A stretch of DNA of 64,000 nt from Phoronis australis (lineage: Eukaryota > Animalia > Phoronida), in assembly GCA_002633005.1 (NCBI GenBank), contig NMRA01000489.1:178801-242800 (forward strand), in the 5' to 3' direction. A program made the translations under genes and the position numbers. This document shows positions 38,960 to 51,600 of this stretch, piece by piece (the first letter of the stretch is position 1; every line of letters begins with the position of its first letter). Below the pieces are notes generated by a model. That model had not been told where the DNA came from, searched no databases, and saw only the letters and a program-made list of their open reading frames with translations.

Positions 38960-39003
38960 AGGCGCGCATGCGTAAATACCACTTCCTTTTCAATCGAAGC
39001 AAA
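38960..39003 (+). promoter_or_regulatory. RPL36A core promoter: NRF1-like site and polypyrimidine TCT/5'TOP initiator
   Basis: gcgcgcatgcg at 38962-38972 and cttccttttc at 38982-38991, 13 nt upstream of aaaATG|gtgaga. This is typical ribosomal-protein gene architecture. Confidence 0.7.
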
Positions 39004-42000
39004 ATGGTGAGACGAAGGTTTGAATGCCTTGATGACATTAATCTGTCTTCATCCACCTTTTCATGCGACTAAGATGTACACGTAGTAAAATAAAACGCAA
39101 TGATAAACTTTAAATAACGATATGCGCGGCTCCATTCTTGTTATTATTGGTGGAAATAAGACGAAACCCTAGCCGTGATTCTCTCCTGACAGATTTCCAA
39201 AAGGTGGAAAACACTTCTAATATCGCACCTCTGAGTTCCCGCTGCGACCTCCGAATGTCCAGTTTTGGACCAGCAGATAGCAAACTCTCGTTCAGTAAAC
39301 CTAAACGAATTAAAACTGGTTGAACAATTTGCTATTCGAGTACTAGTACTCGGCCGTACTGGCGTTACTGCATAATCGCCTGTTGTGTAGTAGGCCTATG
39401 CCTATCGTCTACGCCTACGGACGGTACAGCCTACAGGCGATGTAGTGTCTATCCAAGAATGTACCACAGCCCCAAAAGCCCTGGAAGACTGAGTCAGAAG
39501 ATGAAGTTGCCCAGCCCATTGTTCGGTCGCTCAGATGTGTAAATAAACTGCTTTCACTTGTTTCAGGACACATTTTTGTTCCTTGTTACCACAAGTGAAA
39601 AAGTAGTTGTTGCCAAATGTAGACAAAAAATTGTCTTTTCATCAGATGTTGCCTGGTAATAGTCGGATTGGTGGGTCCCTCCATAACCACAAAACTACTC
39701 ACAGCACTTGATTTGATGCGACCCCAGGTTGTGTTTGGTAACCTGGGAAAAATCTTTCAAGTCACCACAAAGTCTCCACTGCGAGTAAAAGTCGGACAAT
39801 AATTCTAGTTTTCTCCGCAACCTGTTTTGACTCGTCACTGTCGAGTTTGAAGTTTTGTCGTAATAAATACACCTTACTTGGGCCTATGCAACAAGTTTTG
39901 AAGTATTGAGAGATTAGTCATGTCTTAAGCAAATTCAGACATTTTGGATTTTTGGTACCAGTTCATTGCATTTAATACAAGGCGTGACACACAAACTCCC
40001 CTCAGTATAAGTATGTACATGAATTGTGTAATTGCAGTAGAATTTAAATTTCCTGTTGTTGAGGAGACTAGCTCTACAAGGAAGAAGATATCTTTGTCAA
40101 AGAATTCTTGTATTGTGACTAATTCACTAATATCCCTACGTGTTTGCACCTTAGGTCAACGTGCCAAAGACTCGCCGGACCTTTTGCGCTGGCAAAAACT
40201 GCAAGAAGCACCAGCTTCATAAGGTTACACAGTACAAGGCTGGCAAAAACAGTGTGCATGCGCAAGGTAAGTAACCTAGCCAACAGTGAATGGGAGTCAC
40301 TGTGTTGTGTCTCTGGACTTACTGCTATCAATGCTTCCACTACTGTGGAATCCGAAAAATGGAGAAACTGTTTCCACGCATGAAAAAAATGAAAATGAAA
40401 GTGTCCGTTAAAAGACAATTCAATTTGGCACATTCTACTTCGTCCGAGTTATTCCCTGGCTGTGACCATTCTCACCTGAAACAAGTTGAGAGTGCTTGTA
40501 TTGCGTGCAGTGTTTTAGAGGTAACAAGGGAAGCTTGCACACTAGCAGTGTGTGGCTTGTGCGTTGTGATTGTGTGGAGTCCAAACATTGTCAGTCAGGG
40601 TCGCAGGGTTTCCCAACTAACTCAGTAATGATTGCATTGCAGGTAAAAGAAGATACGACATGAAACAGAAAGGTTATGGTGGTCAAACAAAGCCTGTGTT
40701 CAGGAAAAAAGTACGTACTCTTCAATTGTATAAAGTGGTGTAGCAACATCATGTTTAAGTGATTGTGTGTACATCTTTGCAGCGTTCAGTTCACTACAAT
40801 TGGTTAGAAAATGCAGCCTGTAGCCTTGTGAGATGTCCCGATACAGACCACAGTACCACGGAATGTATTAAAAGTTATTGTATTTTGCACTATCTGCAGT
40901 GTGCTCTACTATTGTATTACTTGAATTTGGTAGTTGGGACCCTCTGAAAGTATTTCAAAATCACACAAAAAAAATCCAATTATTGGGTCCAAAAATTGCC
41001 TTCCAGTGATGGCAAATTCAGAATCACTTTTAACTCACTTGCTCTGCCGACTCCAAAAGCTTGGATTAAGTGCGAAAATCCTCACTGAACAGTCCTACCT
41101 TGCCAGTGTTTACAGTAGTCTTGAACACAGAGGCTAGGTTTGGAACTTTGACTATAGCCTCAATGTGGAAAACAAAGTCTGTCATTTGTTCCATGGATGC
41201 GAGAACCTCGCTTAAACGCAAGTCTTCTTAGAATATTGTCATGTATTATAGGGGAAGCATGTCATCACTCTATCATCCTTCACAAATTTCTTGTGTCTAC
41301 GGGGAACGTAAACCTAGATTAGTTTATTGCAAGTGGAGAGAGTGATGACATACATTGAGTAAAGAAAGCCATTAATTGTTGTCGTGGGTTTCCTACCAGA
41401 TAACTAAGGTTAGTTCATTTCCAAGGAGAAATGAGGGTGGTCTGGTTTTGGCATTATACAAGGGACAAAATTGCTGTGACAAAAGACGGCATTTGTAGAG
41501 ACCCTGAGGAATTGAATTCGAAGTCCACGGTATGCAATTGCCATGATTTTGAAGTGAGGTATATAGATAAAATTGACCATTGCTGTGGAATGGAGTGAAA
41601 AGTAATCCCATTTGACCGTTTCAGGCCAAGACAACTAAAAAGGTTGTTTTACGTATGGAGTGTTCTTCGTGTAAGTACAGGAAGCAGCTGGTGTTGAAGC
41701 GCTGTAAACACTTTGAACTGGGTGGTGACAAGAAGAGGAAGGTGAGTACAGTAGGGTTAAGCCTGGCACGAACACTTTGGATGAGCTGCGTTTGGTGAAG
41801 TGGCACCTGTTTTGGGCAGACAAAAAATGCCAAAATTGAACATCATTTCTCAAGAGCTAAAAGTGTCGTTTTGAATGCCTTCATCTTATCAAAATACTGT
41901 CGGACGGAAACTTTGGAATAGATCTTGAGAAGAGTAAAATCACTAGTCAGGTGTTAATTATCTTTTGGTCATCTCCCACACCCTTGTAGGACCATATTGA

Positions 42001-43638
42001 GATTTGGCAGAAGCTGATGACAAGTTTTGAAGCGATCCGACTATGGGTGTGCCCCCTGTGGAAATTTTAGCTTTTTGTTTTCCCCCCGTCTCTTTGGAGT
42101 TCCTTGATGACGTTTGGCAAATAGGTTTTTAATCAGACGTATTTCCATTTTCGGGTTGATTTTGCACCATCTAGTGGCCATTCTTATTATTTCCGAATCC
42201 GGTTTTTGGCATCTGCCTAACTGCTCGTAGAATCCTTATGGAAATTGTCAGATGTTCCTGAAGAGAAGATCGCGACAATTCCGCGGCTGTATCTCTTAAC
42301 CTTTGTAGGATCCTTGTGAAATTTGTCAGGTGTGTTTACATGGAGCTGATGTGTACCTCTTTGTCTTCAGAGTTCCTTGACAGATTTTCATGAAGTTTGG
42401 CAAATAGGTTTTTTATGGGAAGACGAGTGCTTCCCATTTTCGACGAGTTTGACATATTCTATTCCACCTAGTTTTTATACTAATAAACACCCGTTTGCAT
42501 TGCACTCCCGGGTGTATTTCAGTGCCTTGCATTGCTCTTTCAAAGAACTGACACTTCTTTTCAAGCCAAGAAAACAAGTTTTTTCCAAGGAACAATCTGA
42601 GACTTATGGCATGTGATTTAAATCAAGTGTTAAATTTAGTGACAAAATAGGCATTTATTTATTCAATGAAATATGTAATAGTGTAATATTGAATGTTCTT
42701 TTTCTTGTTGTCTAACTTTAAAGTAAATAGAAATTGTGTAGCCATGCCAAATGATGTCGCATGGAGGTCGCAAGGTATTGTCATGCGACCGGCGTAAGCG
42801 CATCGCATGGTTATCGCCTATGGGACACTTGCATTGTTTTCCTTTGTTGCGTCTTTTTTGGACATAACAATTCAGGCCCCATGGATATCGTACCTTGAGC
42901 GCACACCAGCCGGTTACTGATAAATGCTTGCCATTATCTTTATTATAAGAAAGAAAAACAAAGTAAGCAATACATCAGGGCTTGGAATGACCAATGACAA
43001 AAAACGCGGAAAAAACTTAAACGGCCCAAATCATGCCCGATAACCAGCCTTGAAATGGTCAATGTGAACCTTTCCCCGACAAAAATCGGGACTAAAAAAA
43101 AAACAAACGTTACCACCATCAGTAGCATGCGTCTGCGTCCTTTTAGCTCGGCCATCCACACCTAACCCACACATTTTTGGCTGCAGAGCGGTAGTATTTG
43201 TCGCCGCGCTTAACAATAACACGAGACGCCATTGAAAATCCCACCACGCTGTCCCAGATGCCCCGGCAATGTTGACAATTTACGTTCCTCCGAAACATAA
43301 AGAGCAACTTCCGCTTTTCGAGGTGAACGTCGTCTGCAACGCCGCGGTAAGAAAGGAATTTGCTGCGCAAATTTTATATCAAATCGGATTTTTTTACGCG
43401 GAAATATAAAAAAAGCGGAAAGCACATTTGAAAAAAGCGGAAATCCGCGTTTCCGCGGAAAATTCCAAGTCCTGATACATAAGCCAATCTATCGATATCT
43501 ATGTGACGAGCTTGTGACCTAGTTTCCTGTGGGTACCACTCATTTTATGGAGTGTCCCATTGTTGATTTTGTATTTGGAAACTGTTTATTTAACTGCTAT
43601 CTTTTTTTTCTTTTCAGGGACAAATGATCCAGTTCTAA
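39004..43638 (+). CDS. RPL36A: 60S ribosomal protein L36a / L44 (eL42), 106 aa, five exons
   Basis: Exons 39004-39006, 40155-40266, 40643-40710, 41625-41741 and 43618-43638 total 321 nt: M|[38 protein letters not shown]|[22 protein letters not shown]|[39 protein letters not shown]|GQMIQF*. AATAAA at ~43687. Confidence 0.97.
39650..39772 (+). ncRNA. Candidate box H/ACA snoRNA in RPL36A intron 1
   Basis: Weak hairpin, ACAGCA (ANANNA) at 39701-39706, hairpin acttga...cccaggtt/aacctggg...tcaagt, then ACA at 39767-39769. Pocket-to-ACA spacing is longer than canonical. Confidence 0.35.
41125..41357 (+). ncRNA. Candidate long H/ACA-type RNA in RPL36A intron 3
   Basis: Perfect 13-bp stem atgtcatcactct (41259-41271) / agagtgatgacat (41339-41351) followed immediately by ACA; AGAATA at 41230-41235; upstream hairpin gaggcta...tagcctc. 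Confidence 0.4.
41960..42480 (-). repeat. Diverged inverted copy of the CTCF-like ~146-bp satellite in RPL36A intron 4
   Basis: tttgcaccatctagtggccatt (42161-42182) is the reverse complement of the monomer at 7390-7411; the aagtttggcaaatagg segments match the monomer's aaatttc/aaactttatgaaa region. Confidence 0.6.
42976..43474. mobile_element. 499-bp CAGGG-ended hAT-like MITE with 6-bp TSD
   Basis: atacat-cagggcttggaat ... attccaagtcctg-atacat, with subterminal gcggaaa repeats. Confidence 0.85.
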
Positions 43639-44816
43639 TTGCCGTGTTGGATGTACCTTGGTATTGTGTAAAATACAGAAATATTTAATAAACTAGTCTC
43701 CTTGCTTATTGACGGTACTGGATTGAAATGGCAGATTGAGAATGTTATCCACAAGTGCGTACGTCATTTATGGGCACATAATTATGTCGGATCTGTATTG
43801 AGGGTGAATCATTCAAGAGTACATTTGTACTTGAAGGTTATTGGCCACCTTTACTATGTATTATCTGTAAATCCATAAAAGTATATATATGAAGAATCTT
43901 TTATGGCCACAGAATATTTGCATGAAAATAATGCCCGTTAGTAATGGTGCGAGTGCGTTGATTATACAAGTTATTTCCACAAACGTGATTAGCCCGAAAC
44001 TGCAAATTCTGTTCCTTTATTCTATGGGCTTTGACATGTGTCTGGGATTTCATTGATATCTCAACATTCCAAACTCAAGACTTTTACTTTTTTAAGGATG
44101 TTGACATCTTCACTTTTGACAACTTGATTCATGTACTAAAATGTCAAAACGAAAATTCCAAACATCTTTTTGTATCTAATAGAATAAAAATTTTCAAGTT
44201 TTGTGTGAGGAAAGTTAATGATCTCCATGACAACTCGTGATCTTTTAGGGAAAACGATTGGATTATGATTGTCGAGGCATTAGTTTTGTGCACATAAATG
44301 TGTTTATCAACGATTTTAATAGTAGTTTTGTGGGTGCATGTAATACTAAAAGTTATTTAAGAAATTTGATCCTTGGTAAGGAGTGTAGCCATAATACTTC
44401 AGTTAAAGCCTTGTAGAGTTGAAAGTGGATTTCTAGAATTTGAGATGGCTGATCATGATGGGGGAAGGAATCAGTGAGCTGGTCTCCAATTACAAAGACC
44501 ACCTCACCAATTCCACTATGGTCATAACAGCTGGCTGCTGGAAAATTTTTCTAAAAATGTCGACTACACCACATTGAGTGTTATCAAACTTGGTTCATAC
44601 TATGAGATAGAAAATTTTCAGAGGTTTTTAATGGTTTACGTATATAATTTTACACAAAGTTAGAATAGGTGTACTGTCCATCAAAGACCTGCTCGTAACC
44701 CAAAATCCCAAGTTAGTACCCTTAATTTGTTTAAAGTCTTGTGCGACGCGAAATGAGTCTGGCTAAAACTGCAACTCAAACTCTAGTACAATGCATCTGG
44801 TACTGAATAACCAAAA

Positions 44817-44934
44817 CGTGTGCGTTCAGTAGCGCTAGGACCTAGCTAAAGTCGTGTGTTCTCGCTTAAAACACACGGCACTATCTCGCGTAATCTTGGT
44901 TTTTGGTGAGGTCCTAGCGTTACTGATCGGGGGA
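44817..44934. mobile_element. Diverged inverted copy of the 9604-9757 MITE
   Basis: gcgttcagtagcgctaggacct ... aggtcctagcgttactgatcggg. Confidence 0.65.
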
Positions 44935-45612
44935 TGGTTCCACCCCAAAATAAGGGCCACAACGACTTTCAAAGATACGACTCGTAATATAGACAATGCA
45001 CACCTACTCGGCTGAAGTTGACCAGTTTTTGTACTCGGAAAGCTTTAATTAAAACTGCATTTGACCCTGATTAGTTGGTTTAACAAAAAATTGAATTTGA
45101 CTGTTCAGTTTCATAAAATTAGTCTTGTAATTATCCTTACAATGATAGGATTCCGTTAGCATTAACCAATAAGACCATAGAAATCATCAGCGAATCAGAA
45201 AATGCTTCAAAATTTATTTGGGTCAAGGCCAACCTTTAAATTGCTATGTTATTCCCATGTTAGTAAGGATTGCTATACAACGAGTTGCAGTCTCAACACC
45301 AAACGTGTCCATCTCAATCAGAAATGTTAAGCCTCCCCATCTTTTGGAAACTAGGTCGATCACACACTGAGAATTTCGAACCCTGCAATTGGGAGTCAAA
45401 TTCAGTACGTTACTCAGTTTTTTGTGACGACCCATAAAGTGGACTTAACCTTATGCGTTTCTGGAGAAATACTAAATAGTATTCATCACCAAGCCTACTC
45501 CTCACCAAGACGCTTTTGAACACACAGGTCATTAAAATGGCCTTCAACAACAAACAAAAGCCACTGTTAATCTGACTACACTCCTTCTGACTGTTGCCTG
45601 CACTACCAAATG

Positions 45613-48600
45613 TCAATTGTTTTTCTTGCAATGTTGCCTTCTCTCGTATCTGTCCACTGTGGTCTGATAAGGCATACACTTCATGTGAAAACATGGTACT
45701 TCCACCACAACTTCCTCTCCTGAAAACAAAAATTACCGAAGATCAATGACGTAAAAAAGGACATCATACAAAATGGATGACTCCCTAGATGATGTTCGCT
45801 AACCAGTGCTAATGCAGAAAGTAGTTCATGCTGTTGCTTGCGGGATAAGGGTCCCACGGAACTATTGTAACTTTCTGCTTTAATATTTAGCACAAAAATA
45901 AAAACCATTTTTTTGATTTTTAAATGCTGATTTTCGTGCAGCAAATAACATGAACTATGTTATGACATACACCCAGTGAAAATCAAGCTACTGTTAGACT
46001 TATCATTTTCTTAATTTATTCTTTTTTGGAAAGAATTTGAATATTAAATAAAAATTCACCTGTCCGCCAAATTGAGTGCTAAATAGGTGGAAAAATTACC
46101 GTACCAGAACGTAGGGCCGTTGTTTCATTAGCGCCACCTAGTGAGTCTCCCGCTACTGATACCCATCATTCTCATCAGACCCGACTAACGTTACCTCACC
46201 TAGATATGCTGGGATGGTTTTTAAGAAGCAACCCCACTTCTCATAAATGTTAAGGAAACTATGACAACAACATTATTTTATAATCATAAGCATTTACAGT
46301 CTGAAAATGCTACCGCTTGAAAATTGAATGGAGCAAACCGGCCACAGACCTAGGATTTTTCTGGGGGCACGGTTGGCAAGTGACGAGCATAGTTGGTCGT
46401 TCAGATTTCTGCAATACAACACTACAAAAGTCGTCAAGTGGGGAGGGAGGGGCAGCCTCCTTTCGTTTGATGTCTGCAAGATAAGGCCATTTAGAGCAGA
46501 GGGGCATGAAACTACCGTATATAACTGAAACAATTTAGTCACAGAGTGAAAACAAAGCTTCGTACAAAGTTTGCTCGATGTAAGTGACTGCAAACTGATT
46601 GACAAGCCACAACAGTGATAACAAACCTGTGGTACAGCTCCTCATGAAGTATTTCCCTTTCATGTTGCCATATGTTGTCTTGAACGTGGTACAGCTTGTG
46701 TAGTTAAAGCAAGCACCAGGTCTCATGACAGGATACTCGCCTGCATTGAAACACAGGTATGAAATCTTTATTTCACATGTGAATTGTATTTTTCAGGTAA
46801 AACTGCATAGAAACGCAGGTATGAAATCATTATTTCACATGTGAATTGTATTTTCCATGGTAAAACTGCATAAAAACACAGATATTCATGGAGAAACTTG
46901 TGCAATTTTGGATAACATTAGTTGTGGATACACAATAAAACAAATCATTTGAAAATTTGCACCCCTCCCTTGGACACAACAATTTTCGAGCCACATCATC
47001 TCATTGCCACAATTAAGGAGTATAGCCAAGCAGGACAGATGAGGTGTGTTCAAAAGAGACACTGAAAATGTGGGTGTTTACTCAAATGGACACTGTGACA
47101 TGTAGCGACATCTATTAGGACATACCAACAACACCAGGTCCTTCCACTTTCTCCTCATGACCATCAGCATCAGTAATGACCCACTCTCGTGTCTCTAACT
47201 TGCAAGACTTGCTCATAGGTGCATTTTTGTCCATGCTCATTCTGTCAAAAACAACGTACGGACACTTCATTATACATTAAGGACCGAGACTCACTCCTCG
47301 AGGTCAACACAAAGCATTTCATTCTAACTTACACACAGTCAAGTGCAATATAGAATACTGATTTCAGTTTGTTCCTGAGTTGAATAAGAAATACGGCATG
47401 TCAACAAAATTTAATACCTGCCCTGTTTGCATATATGGCAAATCTTAAGAATTTTGAACAAAATTTATTACCAAGAATGCTCCTTTTTATTTTCCGAGGC
47501 TTTCAACATGGTTGTGAATGCGTACAATTTCTCAAAACATTTTCTGATTGCAACTGTGGTACAAAATTTGAACATGGAAAATCAGTGCTACAAGTATTTC
47601 ATAGAAAAGATGATAAAATAAAATTTCCCTTGTCGGCCATGTTGTGTCCTAAATTACAGAGATTTTACCGTAAACCTTACTTTACTAAGATCTTTTAGCA
47701 AGCACAACAATTCGTAGCAAGCACAACAATTCGTAGCAAGCACAACAGTTCGTAGCAAGCCCAACAGTTCGTAGCAAGCCCAACAATTCGCCCTGGACAC
47801 AAAAGTGTAGAGCACTAAAGACAGCCACACTTGTAAAATAGACTATGCATATTACTGGGTTCAATTTAAATGATGAAAATATTAATCAAGGATCCTTTTT
47901 GGAACCAAAAAGCTGAACCTTACACCCGTTTCGTCCATATCTCAGACTTGGTTCACCACCAGGTGCGCCCTCTGCCGTTGTTGAATAAAACAATAAAAAC
48001 AATAGGGGGATTCCCTGTTCGTAAATTGCTTAATTGCATTTCAAGGAACCAAGTGGGTTTAATATGGTCATCGAATAGGTGTAACACAAACAGCAGAGAG
48101 TACTTACGTGATATGATACGCAAAGAAGAACTCTGGTTTAGCGATGGAGCTCATTTCTGGTATGAATGCCGTGGCTACCGACACTGTGATGGGGCCTGAC
48201 ACAGCCACACAGCTGGGTTCATGGTAGAACCTATCATGACAAACAGCGCGAATGCTTTACACAGGAATGGATAAAAATACAGGCTAGCTATCTGAGCAGA
48301 GGAGAAATTAGATAATGAACAGAGACAGCCAATGAGGTCATTTTGTAGCCAGTAAAACATTGAGTTTAAATGCAATTTAACTAATGCACAGTATCAATCA
48401 TAGATTTCAAGTATAATAATCATTGTTTCCAAGATTTACTAGGCCAATGAGCTTTAATTTAGAGTACAGCATATCAAAATTGAACTCAATATCACCTGTC
48501 ACAAAGAAAATACAACATAATCCTCAGAGACCCGATTGTCACGTATAACATCTTGTCTTTATGTTTGTTGGCGACAGTGATTGGAAATATATTGAATGCA

Positions 48601-51600
48601 AGTTACAATAGAGTAAAGCCTACCTGAAAATATGTCCGTCATATCGGGGAAACTTATCATTGCTCAATTCTTGAGCGTACTCTGTTATCCATTCGGTGAA
48701 GGAGGATGCTGGGAAGGAAGAATGTGATACCAGTCACTTTATAGTGGATCCATTTAACACACTGAACATGTTACACGAAAACAAGATGACCAGCACTCAG
48801 GAATATGACTTGTCCACCACTCAATAAATATTTAATATGCAATGCAGCAGAAACAAGGAATTTTACTTCGTCAATTTCTCTCAAGCCTAAGAAATAATTT
48901 TAGCTTAGGTTCAGATTAGACTGACTTAAATCAGTTTAGTGGTCTTTAAGAAAAGTACGAATTTGTCAGGACACAGGGGCTTATTATGCCTTAAATTACC
49001 GAATTTTCTCTTTTGTTTCAAAATTATAGACCTGATCCTAGGAGCATTTCCAGTAAATAAAAGTTTCGGGAGCGCAACAAATGCGAGATGGCTAGTAACT
49101 GAAAATAAAGCAATGACACAACTTTTGACTTAAATTACCTCTGCAGACAAAAAACTAATTTTGAAATGTTGATGTTCAATTCAAAACAAGCTAGGCACTA
49201 AGAGTATATAATAAACTTTTAAGTCTTAGACTAGTAATTTCGGTATTACCGGATATGAAATTATCGATGGAGGGACTGTCGTCTGAATGAGACCCGCCAC
49301 TATTACAGGGGTAAAATATCTGGCCTGGTATGTAACCTCCGTCCTCACATACAGCTATGAACTGGGAAATCTGAGATCTTGGACAGAAGGTAATGGGTAG
49401 GGTACCCTGCACTTCTCCGGAGTTCTGAAACGACAATGAAAAACAATATTCTACCACTTGAATCACCAGAAGCAATAGGAGTCGCAGCTCAACCAAGAAC
49501 GACTATATGACATATCATGGAAATCAACATTTCAAGTGTCCCTAAAAAACTACTTCAGCAAAAAGCTGCTTAATATCGAGATTGAGAAATTGACAAGAAC
49601 AGGAAGCAGCAGAAACAAAGCCCAATTATGAAAAGCATCAATAATAAATGGACACTTAACAACCGTTTTTGATGTCTGACATTACAAGATAATGTCATGC
49701 TTTTTCGTCTGACCAGATATCAGTTAGATAATACAATGAAAATAGGTTTCACAGTAATGACAAACAGGACGCCACTGTCAAGGGGAGTTAAATCTAACCC
49801 TAAAAAGTTGCACACAGTGGCCAATAGGAGGAGGCACCTCAAGAACTTCAATTTAAGTCTCCTCATGATCAACTTATCCAAGTCCCCACATATCTAAATA
49901 CCCAATAAATTTGGTAATAGTCTGAAATAACGTGCCAGCATTTTGAGAACCAGTTTTCTCCACTGAATAACGAGCACCAACTGGCTCTCAAAATGCGGGC
50001 ACATATCAAACCATTGCCATAAACACTTCACATGGCTGCCAACGATGGAGTATTCAACAGACTCAAATTGCTCATGACAACTTCTCCAAGTAACCAACAC
50101 ATATAGAAAGCATTCTCTTCATGACCACAAGTCGAGTCCACCACACTTCTTACTGAGTAATACTGAGCTGCCTTGTGAATCTCCAGTAGATGCTCCGACT
50201 TGTAGCTGTGATGTTTATGACCAGAGATGGTCATATTACCAAATAACCTGTAACACATAGCGCAGGGCTTTAACATAATCTTGGAAATACATTGTGCATA
50301 AAGTTAACATTTTGTCACTTAAGTGAGGAAGGATACAGAGTTAACAAATCTACTATGGCTGAGCAGTATTCTTAATGTGAACGAATATAGCTGCATGTCA
50401 TCAAAACTGTACAAGTTATATATACATTACCTGCATTTTGTCAAAGAAATTCACTCTTGATTTGGACCGCTCACAGTTACAAAACTGATCTCAACCAATT
50501 GTTCCTAAGTTACACAGATTAAAAAGCAATGACTTTCTATAGCTTCAGAACAGGTTCAATAGTAGGCTAAGCTGGACACAATAAGTAGTGTCACTGACCA
50601 AATAGGGTAGTTCTCTAACCATTGGTTGTAACGCTTTTGGGAAATAAAATGCCAATCCCCTCAACCGAACTCATTGAGCCTGGTTCTTCCTAATCTGAGA
50701 GAGGAACAATATAGTCCGGTAGCAGCCCTTCGTTAACACAAACTTTGTTGAAAACATGACTAAACTTTTTGTTTGTAAGCTTGATACCAATTCGCTTGTA
50801 ATGTTGAAACAATCACCTTTCTTCAGGTGTGCAGCAAAGCACCGAATCAGTATCAAGATTTCAAACAAAAAGTTTAGTTGTGTTTTCAATGAAGTTTGAG
50901 AGAGGAACAATAACATATCAATTTCAAAGCATTAACTGGTCTAAATCACATCATAGAAGGCATATAGTTAAGAGCCAGCTTCAAGTTCATGGCATCATGT
51001 TGTGTTTACTTCATACCCATTTATTAGTTTTCAAAAAAGGAGACCAATTTCATCAAAATTAAACTGGCTTTGTCAAAGTCACTATGACAACCCAGACAAA
51101 AATAAAAATTAATTATTTGCAAGTTAGTCCGAAATTTTTGCTTCAAAATTTTGCCCAGATTTTGACAACACTCACCCTGCTTCGTCATCCATATAGAGTT
51201 GCTGACCATTATGTATTCTGTAAGAACAACGCATATCCAAAGGCAGACTCTCGTGTATCTTGTCTTCGACAGCCATCAGTTCAGATTCACTTGCACCGAC
51301 TACAACACGCAACAAATCTCAGGTTTTAAATCATGAAGCAGCAAACAATTTGTGTACAATTGCAATAAACTTATTCCATTTGCATGACTGCTCTGTTAAT
51401 TTGTGCAATGGAAAACTCGAACTTCACTGTAAAGTGCTACTGATACAAAGGTCATACACGCAGGAAACTAGACAGGCAAGGCATTCAGGCAATCACAATC
51501 ACAAGGGATCCTTCGCAAACAAAGAAGCCCAAGTAGATAACTTGGTTTATTCTTTCAATCTATAAGAGGGACCTTTCTTCATTAGCACCAGCTACCATTG

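Noticed and set aside
49794-49803. CTAACCCTAA as a telomerase RNA template
   Set aside because: An isolated 10-mer with no evident pseudoknot U-tract, CR4/5 or H/ACA context; expected by chance at this level.
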